Both the position numbers and the translations under genes were made by a program. The notes under the pieces are model-generated. The model searched no databases. It was not told where the DNA came from and saw only the letters and a program-made list of their open reading frames with translations. From the IMG/VR virus record IMGVR_UViG_2565956729_000013, positions 1 through 31,698 of that record: a stretch of 31,698 nt of DNA; one strand, 5' to 3'. The DNA comes from a virus (lineage: Duplodnaviria; Heunggongvirae; Uroviricota; Caudoviricetes). Positions 9,836 to 17,378 of this stretch are shown one piece after another. The first letter of the stretch is position 1; every line of letters begins with the position of its first letter.

Positions 9836-10316
9836 TACGTTCCCTTAAAGGCGCGGATAATGCCGTTATTGACGGCGATACCCATATTTTCCCAGTAGTG
9901 GTTATCCAGCCAGACGGCAGCAGCCAGTGACTGTGGTGAATCATCTTCACCGGGCAGCCAGTGGCGGCGCAGGATCAGCATCCTGGTAAGGTCATTGCGA
10001 TCAATGGCCCTCAGATGGCTTTTTATTTTTTTACGGTGATTTCCACTTCCGGCACAAACTCGTTATTCACGGCAGTTGCCAGACTGGCCGGCATTCCCGG
10101 TTTTTCCAGCAACTGGTTCAGCAGATCGCGGTGCTCTTTAATCACGATGCGGCGCAGGTAGTTTTTCAGCGGTGCAATTTTATTGTCCGGCATGAAGTCG
10201 TTCTGCAGGTCGTTGTAGTCTTTCACCGTCGGGATAAACGTCAGTTCATGCTCGCCGACCTGTAAAGTGATGGCGTTCTCTGCGGTGGTTTGGGTGTTTT
10301 TATCGTTCATCATCAT
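9835..10316 (-). CDS. tail assembly chaperone E+E' fusion via programmed -1 frameshift (predicted)
   Basis: The -1 frame from the A7 run (10032..10026) is open for 63 codons (IKSHLRAIDRNDLTRMLILRRHW...AFKGT) and stops at TAA 9837..9835, overlapping the tape measure ATG. Confidence 0.6.
10023..10316 (-). CDS. tail assembly chaperone (P2 E-like)
   Basis: 97 aa ORF directly upstream of the tape measure gene; ends GTA AAA AAA TAA, i.e. slippery heptamer A_AAA_AAA at the stop. Confidence 0.7.
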   Translation of the reverse strand: MMMNDKNTQTTAENAITLQVGEHELTFIPTVKDYNDLQNDFMPDNKIAPLKNYLRRIVIKEHRDLLNQLLEKPGMPASLATAVNNEFVPEVEITVKK

Positions 10317-10380
10317 GTCCTGTTAATGTCAAGAATAAGAGGGCTTAATAAGCCTGCAGGAAGGCTTATTAAGCGTAAAA

Positions 10381-10722
10381 TCAGCGCACACCGTCGTGCT
10401 CAAGGCTGAAATGATTGCCATCCGGGCGGTTTTTAAAACGACCGCCCCATGTGCCGCCGAGGGATTCCCAGTACTCGCCCAGTTCGCGGTAAGCCTCTGT
10501 GCGGGTCTGGTATTCACCGTTAATAAACAGATTAAAATCCACCGCCAGTCGCTGGCAGTGCAGACTGTTGGTGATGCCTGATCCCTTTTGTGCGTTGAGT
10601 TTTGCCTGCTCTGGCGTGCGGTACGCCTCACCGAACGTCAGGCCATAACCGCGCTGATGGGCAAACTGGATGAGTTTTCCGATCATGACGGTAAATTGTT
10701 GTTGCTTATCGGAGAGTTTCAT
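10381..10722 (-). CDS. endolysin, peptidase M15-type (L-alanyl-D-glutamate peptidase-like)
   Basis: 113 aa with His/Asp...His metal-ligand pattern (SLHCQRLAVDF ... GNHFSLEH); strong RBS AAGGAG. Confidence 0.75.
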   Translation of the reverse strand: MKLSDKQQQFTVMIGKLIQFAHQRGYGLTFGEAYRTPEQAKLNAQKGSGITNSLHCQRLAVDFNLFINGEYQTRTEAYRELGEYWESLGGTWGGRFKNRPDGNHFSLEHDGVR

Positions 10723-10831
10723 TTTTGCTCCTTACGGGGTTGTTGAGGTTTACGCAACCAGCGCCACAACGCCCGGATAATTTTCCAGACAATGGCAGCG
10801 GCTTTCTGATCCCTGCGGGACTGCATTGCGG

Positions 10832-11128
10832 TTACTCCTCTTTGTTCTCTTTTTCGTCCAGCTTCCGGCGCATGTGGCGCAGGAAGATTTCCACAATCTG
10901 GTAACCGGCAACGCCCATTGCGGTACCTGCGCCGGCAATGGCCAGTGGGTCAAGGTTCGGGTAGCGAACCAGCAGGGCGGCGGCAGAAACACCCAGCGCG
11001 CTCCCCAGCAGGGTTCGGCCCACAAACAACCGCAACGTAATCGGTTCTGCGCCAGCCAGCACCCGACTTGCGGCAGCGATTCCGCCCAGAATGCCCAGGG
11101 TGATGATGGTGCGTTCATGCTCCTGCAT
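10832..11128 (-). CDS. holin (putative)
   Basis: 98 aa with 2-3 hydrophobic helices and a highly charged C-terminus (RRKLDEKENKEE); adjacent to endolysin. Confidence 0.6.
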   Translation of the reverse strand: MQEHERTIITLGILGGIAAASRVLAGAEPITLRLFVGRTLLGSALGVSAAALLVRYPNLDPLAIAGAGTAMGVAGYQIVEIFLRHMRRKLDEKENKEE

Positions 11129-11131
11129 GGT

Positions 11132-11587
11132 TTACCCCATCAGCCCGCGCACGTCGTTCTCTGAGAGAACGGGCACGCCGTTGATACGCACAAAGTCAGG
11201 GCTTGCCACCACGTACTTGATTTTGTGCGTGGTCAGATCCGCGCTCTCGGTGTCAATGCTTAACAGGTTCGAAAGCATCAGCTCGCAACCGAAGGCTTCA
11301 ACGCGGATTTCTTCGGTGCCCGTGTTGGCGTAAAACACAAAATCCATTGGCGGCAGGTCACGCCACGATCCCGCCTGAGCCGCCACTTCCCCGAGCTGGT
11401 TAAAGCTGCGGGTACTCATTTCGATTTCACCTTCGGCACTGACAGGGCCGCGCAGTTTGCCGTCAGGGATGCCACGGGTTTTGGCCACGGCGCTTTCGTC
11501 GCTGATATCCAGCGAAATGTTTTTTACGCGGATATCCGTTCCGCCAACATAAACATCAAAGGCCATGCCGTTAATGCGGGTTGTCAT
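11132..11587 (-). CDS. tail tube protein (putative)
   Basis: 151 aa ORF immediately after the sheath-like gene (ATGA overlap); assignment positional. Confidence 0.55.
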   Translation of the reverse strand: MTTRINGMAFDVYVGGTDIRVKNISLDISDESAVAKTRGIPDGKLRGPVSAEGEIEMSTRSFNQLGEVAAQAGSWRDLPPMDFVFYANTGTEEIRVEAFGCELMLSNLLSIDTESADLTTHKIKYVVASPDFVRINGVPVLSENDVRGLMG

Positions 11588-12732
11588 GCGTTCTCCTCCA
11601 GAGATTTGTCCAGCTGAATGCCCACTTTGATGGTTTTGGGGCAGGCGTAAGGGCGGACAACAATGCTGATGCTGACCGTCTTTTCGTCCTGCCAGGTGAT
11701 GGCCACATCGCCTTTTTGTGGCGATTTCACTTCGCCCGGAAAGGTGACACCGTTAATCTGCGTGGATTTCGCCATGGTACGCAGCGGGCGGGCAAACAGC
11801 GTTTCATGTGCGGCAATGCTGCCCGGTGTGCTGTTCAGTGAGCGATCGGCAATTTTGGGGATGGCCATCAGCCGTACGCGGCGCGCCACCTTATCAGCAA
11901 TGCGGACATGTTCGATGACGTTGTAGTCCCCGCCTTCCACCTCAAGTGTCACGCCGTCGGCCCAGTAAAGGCCGTCATAGTCGGCATACCACATGGGCAC
12001 GCTGTAGCGGGCGGTTGCCAGCGCCTGCAGGGTGGCGAGATCAATTGCCTGTCCCGCGCTGTCCTTCGGGCGCTCTGTGGTTTTCAGTGCGGACAGCGCC
12101 CCGGTTGCCACACGTGCCGGACTGTCAGCAATGGTGACGGCGCTGTTACACAGGCGACCAGCAAGAACGCCCGGTTCAAATCCAAAAATCTCCGGAACCA
12201 GCATGACCTGCGGGGCTGCAATGCCTTTCTGTAGTGCGGTCAGTTCGGCAACGTATTCCGCCCAGGTTTTGCTGTGGTTGTTGGCGGCGATGGTCAGGAT
12301 GAACCAGATGCGGCGCTGATATTTATTGATGATGGTCTGACGTAACGCCTGTATGGCGTTGATATCATCCTTCGTGCTGACCGGCTCGGTGATCACCACG
12401 CCTTCAACTGAAACAGTTTCCTGAGCCGCCAGTACGGCGTTCTGCCATGCCTGGCAGGCTGGCGTCGCTTCTTTGCCCCTGCCTGCTTCCGGCAGAACGG
12501 CAACATAGAAAAAGGCATTCTGTCCGGCATTGGTCAGTGCTGACTGAAGGAAATTCTTCAGCGGGCTGGCGTTCGTTCCCAGCAATTCATCCAGATCACT
12601 GTTGGCATTGACCGGCAGAACCTTACCTTTGTTGTTTTGTGCATTGCCCACAAACAGCAGCGTATTTTCCACGCCGTCCGGCGAGCTACTGAACGTGTTG
12701 TACTGTTCAATCGTGACAGATGGCCAGGTCAT
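11584..12732 (-). CDS. tail sheath protein (putative)
   Basis: Likely ATG at 12732 (MTWPSVTIEQY...) with AGGAG RBS; 382 aa; track ORF extends to 12864 but overlaps the upstream gene. Assignment positional. Confidence 0.6.
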   Translation of the reverse strand: MTWPSVTIEQYNTFSSSPDGVENTLLFVGNAQNNKGKVLPVNANSDLDELLGTNASPLKNFLQSALTNAGQNAFFYVAVLPEAGRGKEATPACQAWQNAVLAAQETVSVEGVVITEPVSTKDDINAIQALRQTIINKYQRRIWFILTIAANNHSKTWAEYVAELTALQKGIAAPQVMLVPEIFGFEPGVLAGRLCNSAVTIADSPARVATGALSALKTTERPKDSAGQAIDLATLQALATARYSVPMWYADYDGLYWADGVTLEVEGGDYNVIEHVRIADKVARRVRLMAIPKIADRSLNSTPGSIAAHETLFARPLRTMAKSTQINGVTFPGEVKSPQKGDVAITWQDEKTVSISIVVRPYACPKTIKVGIQLDKSLEENA

Positions 12733-12751
12733 AATTTGTCTCCTGATTTTG

Positions 12752-13465
12752 TTATCTCGTGCCGCCGTAATGCAGGCTGCGCAACTGCGCTTCCAGAATG
12801 CGGGTAAATTCAGCATCGCTGGCGCCCAGAAATGCGCGGGAGGGGATTTTGATTTCCCATACACGCTTTTTCTGCTCGCCTTTCAGAATGCTGATCACCA
12901 GCCCGGCCTGCGCCATACTCATGTTTTCCATAATCCATTTCAGGGAGGGCTTTCTGCGTCCCCTGCGTCCGGTTTTTTTGCTGACCGCTCCGATGGGTGC
13001 CCGAAACCCCAGAGAAAGAAGCCGCTCCGCCTGCCGTCGTGTGGCGGGGCGGGTGCGCATGGCTTCGTTGTCCCGGCGCTTTGTGGCGCGGCCTTTGATG
13101 ATTGCGCCATGCTGTTGTACCCATGCGACCGCCCCACCATGAGAGCCGGTGTTGTAATTCCCTTTTTTAAAGAAAAGGCGGACACTTTTCCCGTTGCCGT
13201 CAATCCTGATGGCCAGCAGTTTCGGCAGTCCCAGCAGCATTTTGTTTTTATACCTGCCGCTGGCTTTATCCGGTCTTTTTCGTGGTGCCCAAGCTGCCCC
13301 CTCCGGTGTTCGCTGTGCTTTCACATTGCGTCGAGCAGCCGGTATCAGGCCGTATTTCGCAATGCGAACCAGCAGCTTTCTGGCCTTTGCCGGTGGAAGT
13401 TCTGCCTCTCTGATGGCGCGACGAACCTGCCGGAGTTGTGACTCGTTAATCACGGGGCGCGTCAT
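12752..13465 (-). CDS. virion morphogenesis / tail completion protein (P2 S-like or Mu G-like)
   Basis: 237 aa basic protein; start overlaps the upstream stop (ATGA); lies between head completion and sheath genes. Confidence 0.55.
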   Translation of the reverse strand: MTRPVINESQLRQVRRAIREAELPPAKARKLLVRIAKYGLIPAARRNVKAQRTPEGAAWAPRKRPDKASGRYKNKMLLGLPKLLAIRIDGNGKSVRLFFKKGNYNTGSHGGAVAWVQQHGAIIKGRATKRRDNEAMRTRPATRRQAERLLSLGFRAPIGAVSKKTGRRGRRKPSLKWIMENMSMAQAGLVISILKGEQKKRVWEIKIPSRAFLGASDAEFTRILEAQLRSLHYGGTR

Positions 13466-13935
13466 GGCATCACCTGACAGTGAAGCTGATGCGCCTGAGC
13501 CACCCAGATTTCAGGTTTTTCCAGCCGGTAACGTTTCCCGCCTCTGGGGATGGGGCCGTTTTCGTCCTCAACCAGCGTGATGGGATCAACCAGCGGCAGA
13601 CTGATTTCCAGCCATGCCACTTCATTTTCATCATCCGCTTCGACGTCAACGGCTGGCGCATCCGGTGCCAGGCGCTGGCGCAGGTCGCCGCCGTTATCTG
13701 CCAGCCAGGCTTCAACCAGAGAAAACACCAAATCCGGATTGAGCTGACGATAGGGCCATGCGTCCCATCGCAGAAAGGCCGTATATTTTCGGACCTGCGT
13801 ACATAACTGCCCGTGCCCCAGCGACTTCGTAAACGGAACGAGCGTGATATCATCCATGTCACTGGTGAACGGAATGCGTGCGCGTGCCGGCAGATTGTTT
13901 TCAATGAATGCCGTCAGGCTGGCGAGTTGCGTCAT
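13462..13935 (-). CDS. tail completion protein (P2 R-like), tentative
   Basis: 157 aa; weak by-eye resemblance to P2 gpR (SLVEAWLADNGGD-like segment); directly after L. Confidence 0.5.
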   Translation of the reverse strand: MTQLASLTAFIENNLPARARIPFTSDMDDITLVPFTKSLGHGQLCTQVRKYTAFLRWDAWPYRQLNPDLVFSLVEAWLADNGGDLRQRLAPDAPAVDVEADDENEVAWLEISLPLVDPITLVEDENGPIPRGGKRYRLEKPEIWVAQAHQLHCQVMP

Positions 13936-13944
13936 ACCATTTCC

Positions 13945-14502
13945 TTAATCAATCAGTGCAATGGAGGCGCGCGGTCGGCCCAGCAGCGCCCGCACCGCCA
14001 TGGCTGCTTCAGCCAGCAACGTCCGGCGGCTCTCGCTGGCTTCTGTTGATGACTGCGCCTCGCGCCGCCCCACGCTGGCAGATTCCGGCAAAAGATCGGC
14101 CTTTGCGCGTGCATACACAGCCTTGGTGTACAGTGCTGTAATGTGGTTCTGCATCCGTTGAGGTTGTGCATCCGTGTTGCGCGGCTCTGGTTGCAACACG
14201 GTGTAACCCGGAATATCAGTGGCCCGGATGTAGCCCTGTTCCTGCCAGTATTCACGGCGTGCAGCCAGTTCAGTGTTAATCTCTGTCACCGCGCAAAGCA
14301 GCGCCGTCAGCACCGTTTCGTGTGACGTGACGGCGGGGATACTGCGGCTCTTTTCAAAATCACCGGCATCAATATCCGGCCAGAATCCATCGTTCTGAAT
14401 AATGGCCTGCTGATAGTGAATGCTTTTCCCGTCAAACATGCTCACTCCGTGGAAAGGCGGACTGACCGGTTTCCGCAGTGTGCTGATGGCTTTTGCCGGC
14501 AC
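13945..14502 (-). CDS. head completion/stabilisation protein (P2 L-like)
   Basis: Contains FWPDIDA motif resembling P2 gpL FFFPDIDP; track start at 14502 is GTG, alternative ATG at 14439 has a GGAG RBS. Confidence 0.7.
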   Translation of the reverse strand: MPAKAISTLRKPVSPPFHGVSMFDGKSIHYQQAIIQNDGFWPDIDAGDFEKSRSIPAVTSHETVLTALLCAVTEINTELAARREYWQEQGYIRATDIPGYTVLQPEPRNTDAQPQRMQNHITALYTKAVYARAKADLLPESASVGRREAQSSTEASESRRTLLAEAAMAVRALLGRPRASIALID

Positions 14503-14537
14503 ACCTCCACCGCGCCCGCCCGGTTGTTGGGAGTCGT

Positions 14538-15248
14538 TTACGTGCCCTGCAACGCGCGCAGTCTTGCAGCAATGCGCTGGCGCAGGGTTTTCACCTGAAT
14601 TTTTGGATGCAGCCAGGCAGCCCGCTCCAGATACTGATCAGCCTGTTGCAGTATCCCCGTATCATTAATTGCACTGGCCAGTGGTTTGCCGTCATCGCCG
14701 CGCAGCAGCTGGACGCCTGCAAAGCGCCAGTAGCGGGCAGCAAGACGTTCATTCACACGCCATTTGTCGCGGATTTTTTCAAACACCTGCTGAAAATATG
14801 GCGCGATACTGTTCCCGCGTTCAGCTTCGGTTTCTGCCCATTCAAGAATGAAATGGGCCACAAACGTTGGCAGCTCGCTTTTGAAGTTCTCCGGCGTCTT
14901 CTGTCCCTGCTCAATGGCAATGTCAGTCCACCGCAGCGCCAGCTCAAACTGCCCGGTATCGAACAGCCAGATGATGCAGTACACCAGAATGGGATTCTGA
15001 TAGACGCGTTCCCCCTCCAGATAAGCCTGTGCGTGTGGCAGCCAGCGGGGCAGCAGCGTGTTCCGCTTGAATTCCAGCTTGTCAGACAGCAGCTCCATGT
15101 TGTGCAGTTGTCTGATGTCGTTATTCAGTGCCAGCAGCTTAATGTGCTGGCTCTCTGTACTGACAGCGCTCCCGTCCGTTCTGGTCATGAGTGCTGCACG
15201 GCGCTCATCCATCTGTCGGGCACGTTGTCGCTGCATTGGCGTTGGCAT
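14538..15248 (-). CDS. terminase endonuclease (small) subunit (P2 M-like)
   Basis: 236 aa between capsid N and L, matching P2 order O-N-M-L. Confidence 0.7.
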   Translation of the reverse strand: MPTPMQRQRARQMDERRAALMTRTDGSAVSTESQHIKLLALNNDIRQLHNMELLSDKLEFKRNTLLPRWLPHAQAYLEGERVYQNPILVYCIIWLFDTGQFELALRWTDIAIEQGQKTPENFKSELPTFVAHFILEWAETEAERGNSIAPYFQQVFEKIRDKWRVNERLAARYWRFAGVQLLRGDDGKPLASAINDTGILQQADQYLERAAWLHPKIQVKTLRQRIAARLRALQGT

Positions 15249-15265
15249 ACCGTGCGCTCCGTTTA

Positions 15266-16279
15266 TCAGGCGATGGTGACCGCAGACTCATCTACGGCAG
15301 CATATAAATCCGGATCGCCCAGGGCGTACCCCTCGTAACGCCAGTATGAGTTTTCGAACTGTTTGCGATCGCCCACATCTTCTGCTTTACGACGGCGGGA
15401 ACCCTTCAGCGTCAGGATCTGCAGATTTGGCAGCATGGTCACCACCATACGCTTGCCCGGCATAAACGGTGGAATGATGGCCTTGCGGCCCGCAATGTTC
15501 TTCGTCAGCAGCTGTGCGGCCACTTTTTCGGTAGGCTTGTCTTCTTTGTTGTAGAGGCGCAGCTCTTCGGCAGCCACAAGGTCAGCACCAACCAGCACGG
15601 TAAGTCGCGGGTCGTTGTGATACTGCGCCGGGATGTAAGTGCGGATCAAATCTGACGCCATGGCGTCAAGGCCGACATAATCACCGCCTTCACCCAGGGT
15701 AACGGCATCCGTCAGGATGCGGGAGGTATTGCCGGGCTGTTTTCCCCACTTTTTGGCGATTTCATGCCAGCCGATGTTGACGTCTTCGCCGTTCGGGTGA
15801 CTTTCCGGGTCAGAGTTTTCAGCAGCCTCTTTACCGTTAAAGCCAATGCGCAGCATGTCCAGCGCAAAGTTGGTGACGGCGGCGGAGTTCATCAGATTGA
15901 AAAATTCCTGCGGGCTGCCGGCATTCGCCCAGATGGCGAGTTGTTCCCAGGTGATCACACAGCAGGAATCAGTTTCAACGAGTTTGAATTCGTTGCCTTT
16001 GATGCCCGAACCTTTGGCGAAACGACCACTTTTCACGCGACCAGTGCGCAGCGTGGATTCGCCCACGGTGACGACCTGCCCCTGCGGGTGCGGAACATCC
16101 ATGCAGGTGGTGAAATTCAGAAACTCCGCGCTTTCCAGCAGGGCTTTACGCAGGGCAATGCTGCGCGGTTCGGTCAGGGAAAAAGTGCGATCACCTGATA
16201 CAGCGCAGTCACTGAATGTTTTTTGCAGTTCGCTGAGGTACTGGTTAACCAGCTTTTGTGCTTCTGGTGTCATGTTCAT
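15266..16279 (-). CDS. major capsid protein (P2 N-like)
   Basis: 337 aa; segment GEGGDYVGLDAM...NDPRLTVLVG resembles recalled P2 gpN GKGGDYASLDAL...EDPDLVVIVG. Confidence 0.85.
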   Translation of the reverse strand: MNMTPEAQKLVNQYLSELQKTFSDCAVSGDRTFSLTEPRSIALRKALLESAEFLNFTTCMDVPHPQGQVVTVGESTLRTGRVKSGRFAKGSGIKGNEFKLVETDSCCVITWEQLAIWANAGSPQEFFNLMNSAAVTNFALDMLRIGFNGKEAAENSDPESHPNGEDVNIGWHEIAKKWGKQPGNTSRILTDAVTLGEGGDYVGLDAMASDLIRTYIPAQYHNDPRLTVLVGADLVAAEELRLYNKEDKPTEKVAAQLLTKNIAGRKAIIPPFMPGKRMVVTMLPNLQILTLKGSRRRKAEDVGDRKQFENSYWRYEGYALGDPDLYAAVDESAVTIA

Positions 16280-16293
16280 TGCGTTCTCTCCGG

Positions 16294-17184
16294 TTACACC
16301 AGGTTAAAAGTTTCGCCACCGGCCGGATTGTTACCCGGCAGCTTCGTGGCATCCTTGCTGAGTTCAGCAAATGCGGTTTCCATACTGGTGACTTTCTCCG
16401 CGATGGCGTTCACCGTGGAGAACAGCTTTTCGCCCTGCTCAGTAGTCAGCATGAAGGTTTTCTCGTCCTTGTTGTTCTGTTCTGCGTTGTCCTGCCCCTG
16501 ATCGCCGGCGCTGCCTTCCGGTTTGTTATCACCGGTATCTTTCGTGGCATCCTTCGCGCTGAACTGCGCGACGTTTTCTTCCAGTTTGCCCAGACGTTCG
16601 CCGGTTTTGTTGATGGCGTCCATCAACTGACCGAACTGCTTTTCGTTCATATCGTTTTCCTGTTTGTCGCGTCCCATGGAGAAAAGACCGGAAAAGAAAC
16701 TGCGTTTGGCCTGCTCGTCGTCAGACTGCAGCGTGAAATTCAGTTCTTCCGCATTCCCCATGTGAATGGAATCTCCCTGCGAAAATTGCAGGCGGGTGGT
16801 GTTGATGCTGGCCGGTGTGTCAGTCACGGCGATGCCGGATACAAAGAATTTGCCTGTCCCCAGGTAGTTTTCCTTTACCTCTATGGAGGTGAAAAGTTTT
16901 TGTCCGGCCTCGTTGGCTTCGGTCAGAAAGCGGTTGGGTATCAGGCGGGCTTTCAGTTGCACTTTATCACCGGCTTTTTCTGCCTTCAGTGCATCAACAA
17001 GACCATAGTTATTGGTGAAAGCACGCCAGCCGGCGCTGGCATGAAACGGCCAGAGCATGGCAGTGTGTTCGTCCGGGTTATAAACCTCGGCGGCATCCGT
17101 CAGCCACTTTGGATCAATTTCCCGACCGTCGATAGTGGGGCCTGAAGTGGCTACGACCACCCAGTCTGTTTTCAGTTTCGACAT
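16294..17184 (-). CDS. capsid scaffolding protein (P2 O-like)
   Basis: 296 aa; VSGIAVTDTPASINT resembles P2 gpO VGLAVTDDPASLGT; acidic C-terminal half; divergent from terminase gene. Confidence 0.8.
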   Translation of the reverse strand: MSKLKTDWVVVATSGPTIDGREIDPKWLTDAAEVYNPDEHTAMLWPFHASAGWRAFTNNYGLVDALKAEKAGDKVQLKARLIPNRFLTEANEAGQKLFTSIEVKENYLGTGKFFVSGIAVTDTPASINTTRLQFSQGDSIHMGNAEELNFTLQSDDEQAKRSFFSGLFSMGRDKQENDMNEKQFGQLMDAINKTGERLGKLEENVAQFSAKDATKDTGDNKPEGSAGDQGQDNAEQNNKDEKTFMLTTEQGEKLFSTVNAIAEKVTSMETAFAELSKDATKLPGNNPAGGETFNLV

Positions 17185-17378
17185 CTGAATTAACCCGCTG
17201 ATAAAAATTAACTGAGCGTTATTTAAGTGGGAAATAAAAAAGCCGTCACCTGATTAATTTCCGGTGTTTTCGGATATACGCATATATCCGAAAAATACCG
17301 AAACGCGATATTCGTTTTTAAAAAGGCCTTTACTGAAAATGCATAAATTAAAATGGCATCAGCAGAGATTGATTATTT
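17185..17378. promoter_or_regulatory. divergent late-promoter region between scaffold and terminase genes, with 28-bp palindrome
   Basis: 194-bp AT-rich intergenic region; palindrome TTTTCGGATAT-ACGCAT-ATATCCGAAAA at 17267..17294. Confidence 0.45.

Noticed and set aside
10750-11118. 122-aa ORF overlapping the holin gene in another frame, and 100-aa ORF 10329..10631 inside the endolysin gene
   Set aside because: No lipobox or spanin-like features; Pro/Trp/Cys-rich translations look like frame artefacts.
12733-12864. N-terminal extension of the sheath ORF (MYGKSKSPP...)
   Set aside because: Overlaps the upstream gene by >100 nt; the internal ATG at 12732 has a proper AGGAG RBS.
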